From NCBI GenBank assembly GCA_964016885.1, contig OZ024746.1, forward strand, positions 81,654,001 to 81,718,000: 64,000 nucleotides of DNA, read 5' to 3'. Below, in pieces: positions 12,765 to 25,410 of the stretch. The stretch comes from Eledone cirrhosa (lineage: Eukaryota). How positions within the stretch are numbered: position 1 is the stretch's first letter; each line of letters begins with the position of its first letter. The notes under the pieces were generated by a model that was not told where the DNA came from, searched no databases, and worked only from the letters and a program-made list of their open reading frames with translations. Position numbers and translations under genes: made by a program.

Positions 12765-13375
12765 GCCACCAAACTCTCCTCTTCTATCTATCACACAAAA
12801 CCCTCTTTTAATCTCCCTCTCTGTATCTACTGAAACCAGATTCTACCCCTCTCTATATCTACCACGACACCGCCTCTCTTATCCCACTCTGTATCTACGA
12901 TTAATACACTCTCCCACTCTCTATAAATATCTACATTTATTTCTCCCAATCCCCCTCTGTATATCAATCACCTCTAAACACTCACACACTCTATATCTAC
13001 TACACGGCACTCTCCCAGTATCTCTCTCTGTATATCTACAACTACCAAACTCTCCCCCTCTCTATATCTATCACCTCCTATCTCTATCAATCCTCTCACT
13101 CTATTCATTACCACCAAAGTCTCCCCCTCTCTATATCTATTACACGGTACTCCCTTCTATTGCCCCTCTCTATATCAATTAGCACCAAACTCTCCCCCTC
13201 TCTATATCTACTACATGGAACTCTCTTCCAGTACCCCTCTCTATATCAATAAACATCAATCTCTCCTCTCTATATCTAATATACAACAAACTCTCCCAAG
13301 CCCCCTCTGTATATCATTTACCACTAAACTCTCCCCCTCTCTATATTTCTATCTATCTCTCATCTGTCTCTATAT
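12765..13375. repeat. Degenerate C/T-rich tandem repeat built on CTCTCCCCCTCTCTATATCTA-like units
   Basis: Many recurrences of CCCTCTCTATATC and CACCAAACTCTCC. Confidence 0.65.
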
Positions 13376-13899
13376 AACATGTACATAAATTGTAACGCAT
13401 ATACAAATAGATGTGTGTTTTGGTAGTGTGGGGATAAAAATATGATTATTTGGAGAGGGGGAATCCCCCCCCCCCCCGGTATATAACTACATACTAATAC
13501 CTATACATTTACAAATTTCATTTACATACAGTTCACATAATATACATGAATAAACAAATTAAATAATAAAAAAAAGTGGGGAAGCAAAGCACAGGTAGGC
13601 TCCACGCGTCTGGCTAGGCGACGTATCTCAGTTGATATGAGAGCGAAAGCATTGCCGCGGAAATCCATCTTACTGGGTTCCTTCCTCAGGCGGATGCACT
13701 CCTCTCGATTTTGCGGAGGTATCGACGGTGACCAGTGCGAAAAGGAAACTGTTAGTGAAGTCTTGATTTAGGGATATATTCCACTGCTGTGCGTTACGGA
13801 CGGTAGAGCTCGGATTTATGCCAAACAAAACAGTAGCTAACACCATTCAAAACAACTACAATCATGACAGCCAGAGATATTGTTCATTATATTATAAGC

Positions 13900-14070
13900 C
13901 AGGGGCGTTTATGTAGTCATTTGATCTGTTTGTAATAGAAACAGAATTCTCTCAAATCACACTTTACCCTCCTAGATATAGAAACAAATACAGTGTTTAT
14001 AGTTGAAATGCATTTGATTTTAGGCTAACTCAATCAAAACTGACCTGCGAGTAACCAACGGCCACAACTA
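13900..14070 (+). mobile_element. Short interspersed repeat, family C
   Basis: Approximate consensus GTCATTTGA.CTGCTAGAAATAGCAGCCAAAT...TGACCTG.GGCTAAACAACAAC. Related copies lie near 590-780, 18675-18860, 36940-38015, 56860-57745 and 61670-61865 (-). Confidence 0.6.
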
Positions 14071-14708
14071 AGATCTCACGTCAAGCAAGCCTGTACTTAG
14101 TCAAATTGTCTTTAAAAAATGTATGTAGGTTTTGGCTGAACAACGACTGTAGAAATGATGTAGTGGTAACAACTGCATCGCCTTTTATCACAGGCTGCTT
14201 GAGCAGTGCTGACCGGAAGCTAAACAACAGCTACAAGCAACCCACCCACACCTGTCGGGCCATTGATAAAACCTTTGCACAGTCACTGAATCTACAAGGG
14301 TTGACTGCCAAATTTACACTCTTGATAAAAGGAGAAACACATTGAATAGTTTAATCCTAGATACACTACGCTCGAAGGGAAGACGGGAAGATTAATAAGG
14401 GAATTCCATTTAGTCCAATGTTTCTTTAGCTGAGGAACTAAACAACGAGAAACACCACGAGAATCGTACTTTGGTTTGTACTAGTACACATTTACTAAAC
14501 CATTTGCTTAGCTCAAAGAAACAAAAAGTGATCTTGATCTTCAGTCAACATGTACGAAAGTCATAACCTAAACAAACGGCCATGAAAACATTATTAAGCA
14601 CTCATTAGGTAAACATTCAAACGAAATAAGGAAATCGTTACGTTAGTATTACACAGTATATACAATCCTTCATAGATTATACAAGCCCATCCTTGGTTTT
14701 TAGTGCAC

Positions 14709-14739
<31 letters not shown>

Positions 14740-14958
14740 GCGTAGACTACTTACACTGCGTAAATTATATAGCTAAAATTAAAAGATCATTTATTATGAA
14801 TAGGTGTAATATGCAGTCCGCGGTTACAATATAATCCCTCCCACTTAGTTTACAGTAACTATATAATCACTGGACTTCCAACTACTTAATATTATTGCAT
14901 CAATTTATAACGCGTGCACTCCCACACACGTGCACTTATATCATATATATATATATAT

Positions 14959-15591
14959 ACTGGCCGAATTACCCGCCGCGCCTTGCTGCGTTTCACACAT
15001 TTTTTTATTTTTTTGTAAGAAAATGATGATTGATTTTAATTGTAGTCCGTCGTATATGAAAAGCATAGGGCTATGAAATTAATGTTATTTACATTGAGAT
15101 CTAAGAAAACTTAGCAGATTTCGGAGAATGAACTCTATAGATAATGAACACAACCACACGGATATGGTTCGAACGTGGAAGAGCCGAACTCCCACTGTCA
15201 TCGCTTCCATCTCTCTTGCCCTCCCCATCTCTCTGTATGGTTAGCAAATGGGGTCCCACGGGCTGGCCTCCCCACAGCTCCGACGAACAGAATGGACAAG
15301 GCGTTTCCTCTGTTGTTGTTGTTGTTGTTGTTTTTTTTGTTTGTTTGTTTGTTTTTAATTTCCATTTTTTTTCACCACAGAGAACAATCCGAGGTCGGAA
15401 GAATTCATGCATTCCAAATGCATTGGCTGTGCAAATATGTGAAATATAACCACCACGTGACCATGTGAATCGAAATCAGGTTTCAAAGTTGACCGGAAAC
15501 TTGCTCCGACCGTATAGCACTAACTCATGTTCCGCCACCCCCAACACATACACACATTCATACAGAACCGATCTTGAGCATTATAGTAATA
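14959..15591 (-). mobile_element. Probable non-autonomous Helitron
   Basis: The minus strand starts TATTACTATAATGCTCAAGATCGG followed by a GTAT/GT tract. It ends with a GC-rich hairpin-like GCAGCAAGGCGCGGCGGG and CCAGT (CTAGT-like). An internal segment is shared with 11630-11800 and 23019-23070. Confidence 0.5.
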
Positions 15592-16049
15592 TCTAAATTA
15601 TGGGCGACTGTGAAGCACAAGAGTAGAGTACTAGTAATTATAGAAGTGTATTTTCTGCTAGTTGTTACACTATTACCTCGTTATACTATTAATGAAGCGG
15701 TGATGTGGGGGTGGTAAGTTTATCTATAATCACAATAGAAAACAATGTAATTAGTGCGTTTTTTTCTTCTTTTTCTTTTTTACATCCTGTCAACAACGAC
15801 TGTAGCTGTTTTATAGGGCGACAAAGATTACGTTTCATTCACAAATTTTCTTTCTTTTGCCCAAACAAACAAAACATTTCGAATTTCGATCAGCTGACGC
15901 AATTAACAGAAAGCTATTTCTAAATGCTTTAACGGTATATATCCAGCTCAATGCATTGCCATTTCTGTTTTTGCCGGTGACTGAAATAGATTTCTTAATA
16001 GCCACAATGCCTCGAAATTTACGGAGGAGAGGAAATGAGGCTATGTGTT

Positions 16050-17135
16050 GTCAATGATTTTCCTTTTGCGATATTTATTCCGTCTCTTTGCATTCTGAGT
16101 TCAAATCCTGGTTGGATGAGGATCTTTTTTTTTTTTTTTTTTTTTACGTTGTCCTGCATCCCGAAATGTTTGTAATCCTCGTTGTATAGGTCTGCTGATC
16201 TCTGGAAGTTGATCGAAGTCTGGACCCCAGTGGCCCACATTGCTGGACTTGAGACTATGTCGAATGCCTTCTGCAGACCCCAAAACATGAACATCAGAGG
16301 TTTCTGTTGCTCACGGCTCTTCTCCTGGAGCTGTATCGCACAGAAGACCATATCGACAGTGCCCCTTGAAGGTCAGAAACCACATTGGAATTCTGGAATG
16401 CACTCTTCTGCTATGGGAAGGAGTCGATTTAAGAGGATTCGCGCGAGGATCTTGCCAGCGATATTAGGAGGGAGATGCCGCGATAGTTTCTGCAGAGTAA
16501 TCGGTCTCCTTTCTTGTAAAGTCTCACGATGTTGGAATTTTTTAAATCCTCATGGACGGTTTTAGCTTCTCAGACTTTCAGTACCAGGCGTATTAGCCGG
16601 GTCTTCAGTTCATGGCCACCATGAAAAAAGAATTCCAAGGGAACATTGTTAGGACCGGGAGCTTTTCTGGGTTTCATGGTGTGGAATGCTTATTTCAGTT
16701 CTCGGTAAGTTGTGGGGAATGACATCCAATGCCAGACAGGGAGTTGGGGAGAGTTCCGCAGGAGGTCTTTTGGGCAGGTGGCATGGTCGTTGAGGAAGCT
16801 CTGAAAGTGGCTTTTCCAGCTGTCCAATCAGTAAGGATGGTGGTACCGTCCGAGTCCTTAAGGTGCGAGAGCAAAAGATGGTGATCTGTCCAGCAATCAT
16901 CCGCTCCAGGCATGGAACGAGTGATGTGGACAACCATTTTGTCCCGAGATCAAATGAGAACATAGGCCAATGTGTGTCAGTGCCTGGACCTTGGATGCTG
17001 GCATATTGGTTCGGGAGTCGGAACAGGGTGTTAGTTACAGTCAGGTCATATTCCATGCAGAAACCGATCAGACGTCTGTTTGCACTACAGTTGTCAATAC
17101 CATAGCAACCGAGAAAGACTTTCTAGTACAGTGTT
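16050..17135 (-). pseudogene. Degenerate RTE (BovB-like) LINE, AP endonuclease end plus RT
   Basis: Peptide remnants LTVTNTLF, VHITRSMPGADDCWTDHHLL, QCGF and DMVFCAIQLQEKSREQQKPLMFMFWGLQKAFD, interrupted by frameshifts and deletions. Confidence 0.85.
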
Positions 17136-17141
17136 CACGGC

Positions 17142-17675
17142 CACGACCCCGTCACTTCTCGCTTTTTTCCAAACCCACCCATTACTGCTTTTAAGCGCGC
17201 CCGCAACCACCGCGACTTCCTGGTTCGCAGTTCCTTTTCGTCCTCTTCCACGACTCCACCCGGCTCTCATCCTTGTTCCCGTTCCCGCTGCAACACTTGT
17301 CCCTTTATTTCCACCCTCACCACTCTTACAGGCCCTAACGGGTCTTTCCATATCCGCCATTCCTTCACCTGCACATCCACCCACGTTATCTATGCCCTCC
17401 GGTGTTCCCTTTGCGAGTCTTCGTATATCGGACAAACGGGACGCCGTATGGCGGATCGTTTTGCTGAGCATTTGAGGGACATACGACTCGGTTTGGATAC
17501 TCCTGTCGCCCGTCATTTCTGTTCCCCTGGCCATTCTTCCCTACATGTTTCAGTCCTGGGTGTCCTTTTACATCATGGATCACAGGCCTCGCGCACCAGG
17601 ACTGAACAAAGTCTGATTCACCGCCTTGGGTCCTATTCCCCTCTTGGACTCAACTCACCTCCCCAATTTCTCTAA
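17142..17675 (+). CDS. Penelope-like element ORF 3' part: Cys-rich linker and GIY-YIG endonuclease (5'-truncated)
   Basis: Uninterrupted frame reading PPITAFKRARNHRDFLVRS..HPCSRSRCNTCPFI..FTCTSTHVIYALRCSLCESSYIGQTGRRMADRFAEHL..PVARHFCSPGHS..EQSLIHRLGSYSPLGLN, which is a typical PLE endonuclease. Confidence 0.9.
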   Translation, partial: HDPVTSRFFPNPPITAFKRARNHRDFLVRSSFSSSSTTPPGSHPCSRSRCNTCPFISTLTTLTGPNGSFHIRHSFTCTSTHVIYALRCSLCESSYIGQTGRRMADRFAEHLRDIRLGLDTPVARHFCSPGHSSLHVSVLGVLLHHGSQASRTRTEQSLIHRLGSYSPLGLNSPPQFL

Positions 17676-17961
17676 TACCCCGTCCATTATCACAGATTCC
17701 TATCGCTTTCTCTTGATCATTAACAGCTGCTTTTACAACTAATACATGCCGACTATATACGCTCACTCCACTTTTCCCTTCACTGCTCTGTATACACACA
17801 TACACACCTTTATATTAACATACTTTTGCTCATAGCTTCGTACTTAAATGCACACACACTCTTTTACTCACATATACACACACTTTTTTTCTTAGCTTCG
17901 TATAATATATTTTCACTAGCATATATTTTCACTAACTCTGACAGTTTGACAGGTGAACAGT

Positions 17962-18011
17962 GAGCTGTACTGATGAAGGGTGATACCCAGAAACATTAGT
18001 GTCTGCAGTTC
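17962..18011 (+). ncRNA. Minimal type-I hammerhead ribozyme in the PLE pLTR
   Basis: Reads GAGCTGTA-CTGATGA-AGGGTGATACCCA-GAAA-CATTAGTG-TC-TGCAGTTC, with a GUC cleavage triplet ending at 18003. Stem I can extend through GTGAACAG/CTGTTCAC. Confidence 0.8.
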
Positions 18012-18183
18012 TGTTCACATGCCAACACAAGAGCAAGAATGAAGGGTTCATTCTACTGACATGGCTATAAAATTGAGGCTTGTTTGCATAATTGCAAACG
18101 AATCGAATGTTATTATTAATATTCGAAAAATTCAGATTACATTTATTGTATTCAGCCATGTAGAGCGAAAAAAATTTCCTTTT

Positions 18184-18256
<73 letters not shown>

Positions 18257-18889
18257 TACATACATGTGTGTGTGTGTCTGTGTCTTGTTCCCTGTTATTG
18301 TTATATTTCGTTATCGCTCTTGATATTATCTATGTTGTTTTTATTGTTTACATAAACAGAATTTATTTCGGTTTCCAGCTGGGAAAGCTTCACTCTTTTT
18401 CATTTTATAAAGCCATGTACGTCACAACTTCCCACGCTGCTTTATTTATTTCTATAGACAAAAGTTTTAATACCTAATTATAAAGGGTGCTGTTGCTGTT
18501 GATATTGTTGCTGCTGTTTTTGTTGTTGTTGTTGTTGCTGTTGTAACAATTGAGTGTGATGAATGTCAATGAACAAATAGTCAATTGAATCGGTAACTCG
18601 ATTTCCTACTTTTGAAAAGTACATGAATATTACCTAAACTACTCGACACCCATATAAACAAAATGAAACTTTTCGAGTCAATGTCTACGACTGATCCCTC
18701 AACCTATTAGAAATGGCAACTGAATCTCCTTTCGTGTCACACCTTACCACGAATATACAAATGAAATAATATAAAAATAAATAAAATAAGGTCACGTCTG
18801 GAGCAACTTTGACCATTGGTATGTTTAATCATGAATGATCTATGGCTAAACCATTACAAAGGAAAATATTATTATTATTATTTCTTCTA

Positions 18890-19328
18890 GGGCGTGGATT
18901 GGCAGTATCAGTAGAGCGTATGACAACATGTTTTGTCGCAGAGTTATGGCTCTTTACTCTCTGAGTTCAAATCCCACCGAGGTTAGCTTTGCCCTTTCAT
19001 CGATACAGGGTCAATAAAATAAAATACCAGTGATGCACTGGGGTCGATTTAATCAGCTTCCCCCTCCCCTTCAAATTGCTGGCCTTGTGCCTAAAGCAGT
19101 AACAATTATTTCTTCTAGGACGATAGAATGGCAGTATCGGTAAAGCGTCGGACATGTTTTGCGGCATCTAGTTAAGGCCCTTTCCATTCTGAGTTCAAAT
19201 CCCGGGTGAGTTAATTTTGCCTTTCATCCTTACGGAGTCGATAAAATAAAGTACCAGTAATGTACTGAGGTCGATTTAATTGACTCCCCCCCCCCCCCCA
19301 ATTGTTGGCTTTGTGCCTAAATCAGAAT
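18890..19328 (+). mobile_element. Two tandem SINE family A copies (long variant)
   Basis: Two tRNA heads, each followed by the core. ATTATTTCTTCTAGG/ATTATTTCTT repeats occur at the boundaries. Confidence 0.8.
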
Positions 19329-20310
19329 TCATCAAAAATCATTATTTCTTTTTCATACCGAGACTGATCTTTTGTCGACAAAATTACTCTACATGAGAAA
19401 GTCATAACAACCGACCAAGGGTCCTGCAGTTCCCTATTAACCATTATATTTGTAGTAACCTTCTCAAAATGATGGCTGTTCACAGGAATGCAGGCTTTTG
19501 CAGCAACTCAGTACACATTACAACTCCAATCTTTGAAATCCAATTTTGCATCTCCTCTCTCAGCAGCAGCAAGAGGAAGGGGGGGAGGAGGAGGAGGAAG
19601 AAACTTGTGCTCGACCGAAGCACTTTGTATACTGTTCGACAGGGACACATTAATAAATTTAAAAAATCTGAATTAGTGACCAAATGTATGCACCGCATTC
19701 AAAAATCGTACCTATGTCTAACAGTGCTGAAACCCGAACAACTCGACATTTAAGTCTACACAGTGACTTGTACCTGGATTAAGCCCCACCCTACAATCCT
19801 GTCTAAACACTTGCACTTCCCCCGGGAACCCACCTGCAGAGACACCGGATCCACACCCCACTCTCCCAACCTTCATCTAGTATATCCACCTACTACGTAC
19901 ATTAACTAACCACCACACACCTCATAAGTTTCCTTTTACATATTATACTTCCCATGTGCAGATAGCATAGCCACCTCCTCTTCCTTGATTCTTGTATGGG
20001 TGTTTGAATGTAGCACGTACATATGTGCGTGCATGTGTATGATACATGTAGTTGCGTGTGTGCAGACATGGGTATGTATATCTGCATGTATGAATGTGCT
20101 TGTGCTTGTGTGTGTATACTTTACACACTCATCTACTACCCACCTACTCATTTACTTTCTCTCTAAATTTCACCTCAACCCATTCCTTCCATTAAAGTAA
20201 TAATTGATTTATTTATTCATGCATTTCTATGTAAAATCTTCTAAAACTTCCCAGTATACTTGTGTGAATACAGTATGCATACACATAATACAAACACTTT
20301 ATCACTGGTA

Positions 20311-20650
20311 AAGGCGCATGGCTTAGTGGTTAGAGTATTGGGTTTGCAATTGAAAGGTTGTGAGTTCGATTCTAAGACCGGGTGATGCGTTGTGTCCTTC
20401 AGTAAGACACTTTATTTCATGTTGCTCCAGTTCACGCAGCTGTAGAAATGAGTTGCGACGTCACTGTTGCCAAGCTGTATCGGCCATAGCCTTTCTCTTG
20501 GACATCATCGGTGGCATGGAGAGGGAAGGCTGGTATGTATGGGCGACTGCTGGTCTTCCACAAACAACCATACCCGGACTAGTGCCTCGGTGGGAAACTT
20601 TCTAGGTGCTAATACCATGGTCATTGATGACCGAAGGGAGTCTTCAGTCA
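20311..20650 (+). mobile_element. tRNA-derived SINE, family B (V/Meta-like core)
   Basis: Box A TGGCTTAGTGG, box B GTTCGATTCT and core TGTGTCCTTCAGTAAGACACTTTATTTCATGTTGCTCCAG. Other copies lie near 59738 and 62420. Confidence 0.8.
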
Positions 20651-20863
20651 CTGGATACCAAAACCTATCTACTTTACCTATTTTTAAACCCCTATATTTT
20701 ACTTGTTTTATCATAGCTTTACCTCCTATCCCTTCGATCCCCTATTCCTATAACCATTATACTACTTCTCCTCCTAATCCACTCCTACCCACTAACCATC
20801 CCTACCCCCACTCATATTATTTCCTTCTCCTGACCCATACTTGTCCAGATATACTTACCCCCC

Positions 20864-20895
<32 letters not shown>

Positions 20896-21082
20896 TTCTC
20901 CATCAGCCCAGTTTACTACTACGATAAATTCGACCAAAGCACTACCAAGACTTGTAACCTATTTTTTATATACCTTACAAATATTACTACATCCCTGAAA
21001 AGACTTGCTGAATACGCAAGCCGAAGCCACTTGGAGCCGCAGTCTGGATTTTACATCTCTCTCTCTCTCCCTCTCTCTCTCC

Positions 21083-21130
<48 letters not shown>

Positions 21131-21849
21131 TCTTTATTTTTTTCCTAAATTTTAATTTCATGCACCAATTGTTGTGTGTTAGTAATCTTTAATCTTGTGA
21201 TGTAACTATAAAGAGTAAGGCAGAATATAATCAAAGTCATATAAAATAACAGCCACTTTTTTATCTTTTGTTTTTTAGCGTGTGTTAAATACAGAACGTC
21301 ACAGGCAAATGAACTTCATTGTGTTTGAAAACGAACAGAGATTTATTTCAACCCTTTCGTTACCATATTCCTATTGGAAGTCGCTGCCTATAATTGTTGA
21401 TAATTTGTTCTACTTTTGGCACAAGGCCAGCAATTGTTCCAGTGCATTACTGGTACTTTATTTTATCGATCCCGTAAGGATGAAAGGCAAAGTTAACCTC
21501 GGCGAAGGGTCGTAACTTTATGCTGCAAAGCATGTTGTTTGACGCTCTACCGATACTGCCAATCCACCGCCCTATGATAGCAGAGTTGGTAATGGTGTTA
21601 ATAAAGATAATGGTGGTGAAGAAGACGAAGAAGAAGAAGAAGAAGAAGAAGAAGACACTACTATCATCACCGATGTTACTATCACCACCACCACCATCAT
21701 CGCCACTATCACAGTAGGTACTACTCTAAATTGGAAGATACTTAAGTCGAATAAATGTCTTATTTGAACTAGAATTACGACAAAAGAGGCTAATAATATT
21801 TGGTGGGTGCATGAAAAGCAGTAGTAAAACGTTATTGTAACACAATCCC

Positions 21850-21980
21850 CACTAGTTCCGGTGATCTTAGCGCCTTAGAACGATGCACTTCATAGACGGA
21901 AATATTTTACAGACGACGTGACGAATACTAGTTGTTCACCCTATATCCGGCGTTAATACATATAAGAGGAAATGGCTTGG
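21850..21980. promoter_or_regulatory. Candidate housekeeping-type promoter
   Basis: Non-repetitive CpG-containing patch with TTCCGG and CGGAAA (ETS-like), GACGTGACG (CRE half-sites) and AAATGGC (YY1-like). Confidence 0.3.
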
Positions 21981-22392
21981 CTTGATACAAAGATTCTGCT
22001 TTTTAAACAATTGGATCTTTGTTGCACGATTTGAAGGAGAAGACGAAAAAATAGTGATAGCAAACTAAAAATAAACAATAAAAGAAATTAGAAAGCGAAA
22101 GCAAGCGAACAGTAGAAGAAATAATACATTTTCTTTTTCTCGGTACTTAGGTTTTTAACTAACTATTGTACATCTAATTATTTCAGAGGCAATCCTGAAC
22201 CAAAAAAGGTCGGTTGTCTATTCTGATTGCACACACGCACGCAATCTCATACACAAGCACGCACACAAACACACATACCAAAAAAAAAAAAAACCCACCA
22301 CCTACACATACACGTACACACGTATAGGCATCTTTATTGTATATATTAAGTGATCTCAACAGGACTTGAACTGTTTCACATTCGTATGAAAT

Positions 22393-22423
<31 letters not shown>

Positions 22424-22432
22424 TCATATACA

Positions 22433-22468
<36 letters not shown>

Positions 22469-22590
22469 TATACACTCATATATATATATATATACATACA
22501 TAGACATATATATGTATAAATATATATATGTGTATGTATGTGGTGTGATTATATACATAAATATATTCATTGTGTGTATATATGTTTATG

Positions 22591-22633
<43 letters not shown>

Positions 22634-22914
22634 ATAATAATAAAATTGAAGACTAAAATCCAAAGAGGGCTCGATAAGGAGAATATATATCAAATATATA
22701 AGAAATATATATATACACATTGTGTATGAGAACGAATTTTCACTTTAAAATGTTTTATTGCAAATTGAACATTACATAATTTTCCCAGATGATTGACTCT
22801 AGATCTTTATCGATGTGATACACCTCACTCCAGTATCGATCTACTCATCAGATGTGTGGATTCAAATCCAAACATTTCTATATCTGTCAACAAAGAGTAA
22901 GGCGAAAACCCCCG

Positions 22915-22973
<59 letters not shown>

Positions 22974-23071
22974 TGGGTGGTGATTTTTGAATACCCTTGT
23001 GTGAGTGCGTATGTGATTGCGTCTCCCTTGAGTCCCCCGGGGAAACGCCTTCTCCATTCTGTCCACGGGGG

Positions 23072-23212
23072 CTGCAACATCAACAGTGGTACTATTATCA
23101 TGTTTCCCCCTACTGTATTGTATTGTAATGTCTACGCCATTTTTATTTTTGGCGTAGACATTACAATACAGTAGGGGGAAACATGATAATAGTACCACTG
23201 ATGATGTTGCAG
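23072..23212. repeat. Near-perfect foldback (inverted repeat)
   Basis: CTGCAACATCAACAGTGGTACTATTATCATGTTTCCCCCTACTGTATTG...GTCTACGCC, a T-rich loop, then the reverse complement. Confidence 0.9.
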
Positions 23213-24072
23213 ATGTGCTACGAAAGAACTTTGTTAGACTATATATATATGTATTTATATCTGTATTTTTAACCGTTGGTCAGTCAGTGATAAACATTGA
23301 TGGCTAAATGAATTAACTATGGAGATATAAAAGATACAGAAGCGAAAACCAACCAAACAGTGAGTGTGTTCTGTTATTATTTCTGGCAATAGTATTACAA
23401 CAATATGACCCTCTCCAAGTATAACAATATTTGTTTCGACACACGATTTCATATCAAAAACCTCGCAAAACAAATATTATTAAATATATATTTACTAATA
23501 TACGTGAGGAGGAAATGCAGCGGCGGGAATTCCGCCATAAGATTTGAACCAGTCTAATTAAAATATAAACAAAAATGGATTTACAAATTAAAATAAATCA
23601 AACTAAATTAAATCTAAATTCGTTCACAAATAAACAAATATATATACAAAGATAGATAGATAAATAGAAAGGCGGAAGAGAGAGAAAGTTTATTTAAGCC
23701 GACCCAGCAGTTTGGAAAACTCAAGTGGAACAGACCAATGGATCAGACTTAATAATCTAGTATTTCGTTCTCAAACTCGCGTATGTTAATACTAAGTGAA
23801 CAATATATGTGTGTGTGTGTGCATATTTGTATGTACATGTATATATATATATATATATATAATATGTGTGTGCGCGTTTGTGTAGGTGTATGCGTCATAC
23901 AGTTTGACCACAAGAGTTAAACACCATCTGATGCTACTTGTAGCATGCTTAAACCATATCACTGAGAAGTCATAGCTCAAACAAATTGTGGGTGTTTTAA
24001 CTGGTTTAATAGTTTTGCTGTTGTGCCAAGCAGATTTACGGAAGTTACTACCACAAATATAAATGTTTATTT

Positions 24073-24405
24073 TCAATATAGAAATAATAAAAAAGAAGGG
24101 AAGCAAAAAGAAAGAAAGAATAGGGAAATATAGAAAAAAAAGGAGAGAAAGAAAAAAGAAAAAGAACGGGAAGGGGAGGGGATGGCAAGAACTCTGGTGT
24201 CGTAGAAGAGCGGGGAGGGTGATTGGGCTTTGGGCCTAGGGCAAGAGGGCAGAAGTGCTGCGCCCCGCTGACAAGACGGCAAAAAAAGCATTCCTCCGGA
24301 CGATGGCCAGTGACACCCACTGTAACAGCCACCCAACCTCACGGGGCTCCCTCCGCAGACGAGCCGCCGACGCTCCGATCTTGCAGAGGAGCTCAGCAGT
24401 ACGGG
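24073..24405 (-). mobile_element. 3' end of a CRE-like (RLE) non-LTR retrotransposon
   Basis: The peptide LLCKIGASAARLRREPREVGWLLQWVSLAIVRRNAFFAVL matches the CRE-type QRxSxAIQRGNA C-terminal motif. A T-rich 3' UTR follows. Confidence 0.65.
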
Positions 24406-25125
24406 GTAAAATCTGCCCAGCGATTCTTTCCTGAGACATTCTAACCACATGCCTTTAGCTACATACTCCATCGAGTAACGTTACCTCAAAGATATTTTGG
24501 AGGAACCTCATTTCGATCGTTTGTATTCGCGATCGTATTCTTTCGGTCACTACGCTAGATTCATGACTATAGCTAAAGGTTGGCACGAATACCGAATTGA
24601 AAAGAACGTGTTTGGCTTTTACACCTACCTTCCTTTTTCTGATTACCGAATTACTGCACCAGCTTTTGCAATTCTTGCACTTATTTCAGCCTCATGCCTT
24701 CTATCACTCGTGAACACTGCCCCGACATATTTGCACTTATCCACCTGCTTCAGTGGAACTTCATTCACGTGTAAAGTGCACTTTGCAGGCGTCCTTGAGA
24801 GAATGAGTGTCTCAGTCTGCGCAACACTGATTTTCATTCCAGCCATGCAACACTTCACATCAAACCTATCAAGTGCAAGTCGGATATCTCCTTCTGTCGA
24901 ATTGAGTAATACCATGTCGTCAGGAAATTCGAGCCGACTGATTCTACATTTGCCAGTCATAACAGAACTTCCAATCCGACTGCGCATGTCGATCCTGTTC
25001 ATGAAAATAATGAACAGGAGAGGTGACAGTACGCGCCCTTGACGGAGTTCGACTCCCAATTGAATGGTTTCGATTTAGCACCACTAATCCGAAAACAAAT
25101 ACTCGGGCATTCGTATAGAGACATC
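24406..25125 (-). pseudogene. RTE-clade LINE reverse transcriptase fragment
   Basis: Peptides LRQGRVLSPLLFIIFM, LEFPDDMVLL, GMKISVAQTE and QVDKCKYVG..EISARIAKA. Confidence 0.9.
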
Positions 25126-25204
25126 AGGTGGAATAAGTGATATTCCTGATAGTAGTTTCGGAGCTCCAAGAGGTTAAGCGAGTGGCATATATATATATAA
25201 ATAT

Positions 25205-25396
25205 ATAATTGTTTCTACTTTTGGCACAAGGCCAGCAATTACTCAGTACATTACCTGGTACTTTATTTTATCGACCCCGTAAGGATGAAAGGCAAAGTTA
25301 ACCTCGGCGGGATTTAAACTCAGAATAGCAAGGGCCGTAACTCTATGCGTCAAAGCATGTTGTCCGACCCTCTACCGATACTGCCAATCCACCGCC
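25205..25396 (-). mobile_element. SINE family A, full length
   Basis: Matches the family A consensus. Confidence 0.85.
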
Positions 25397-25410
25397 CTAA
25401 ATAATATTTA

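Larger units (their letters stand above)
17142..18186 (+). mobile_element. 5'-truncated Penelope-like retroelement with 3' pLTR
   Basis: GIY-YIG ORF, a C/T-rich UTR, a hammerhead motif, then a tail ending in (TA)n. Confidence 0.85.

Noticed and set aside
20311-20385. tRNA gene
   Set aside because: It is the tRNA-like head of a SINE and continues into the SINE core without a proper acceptor stem.
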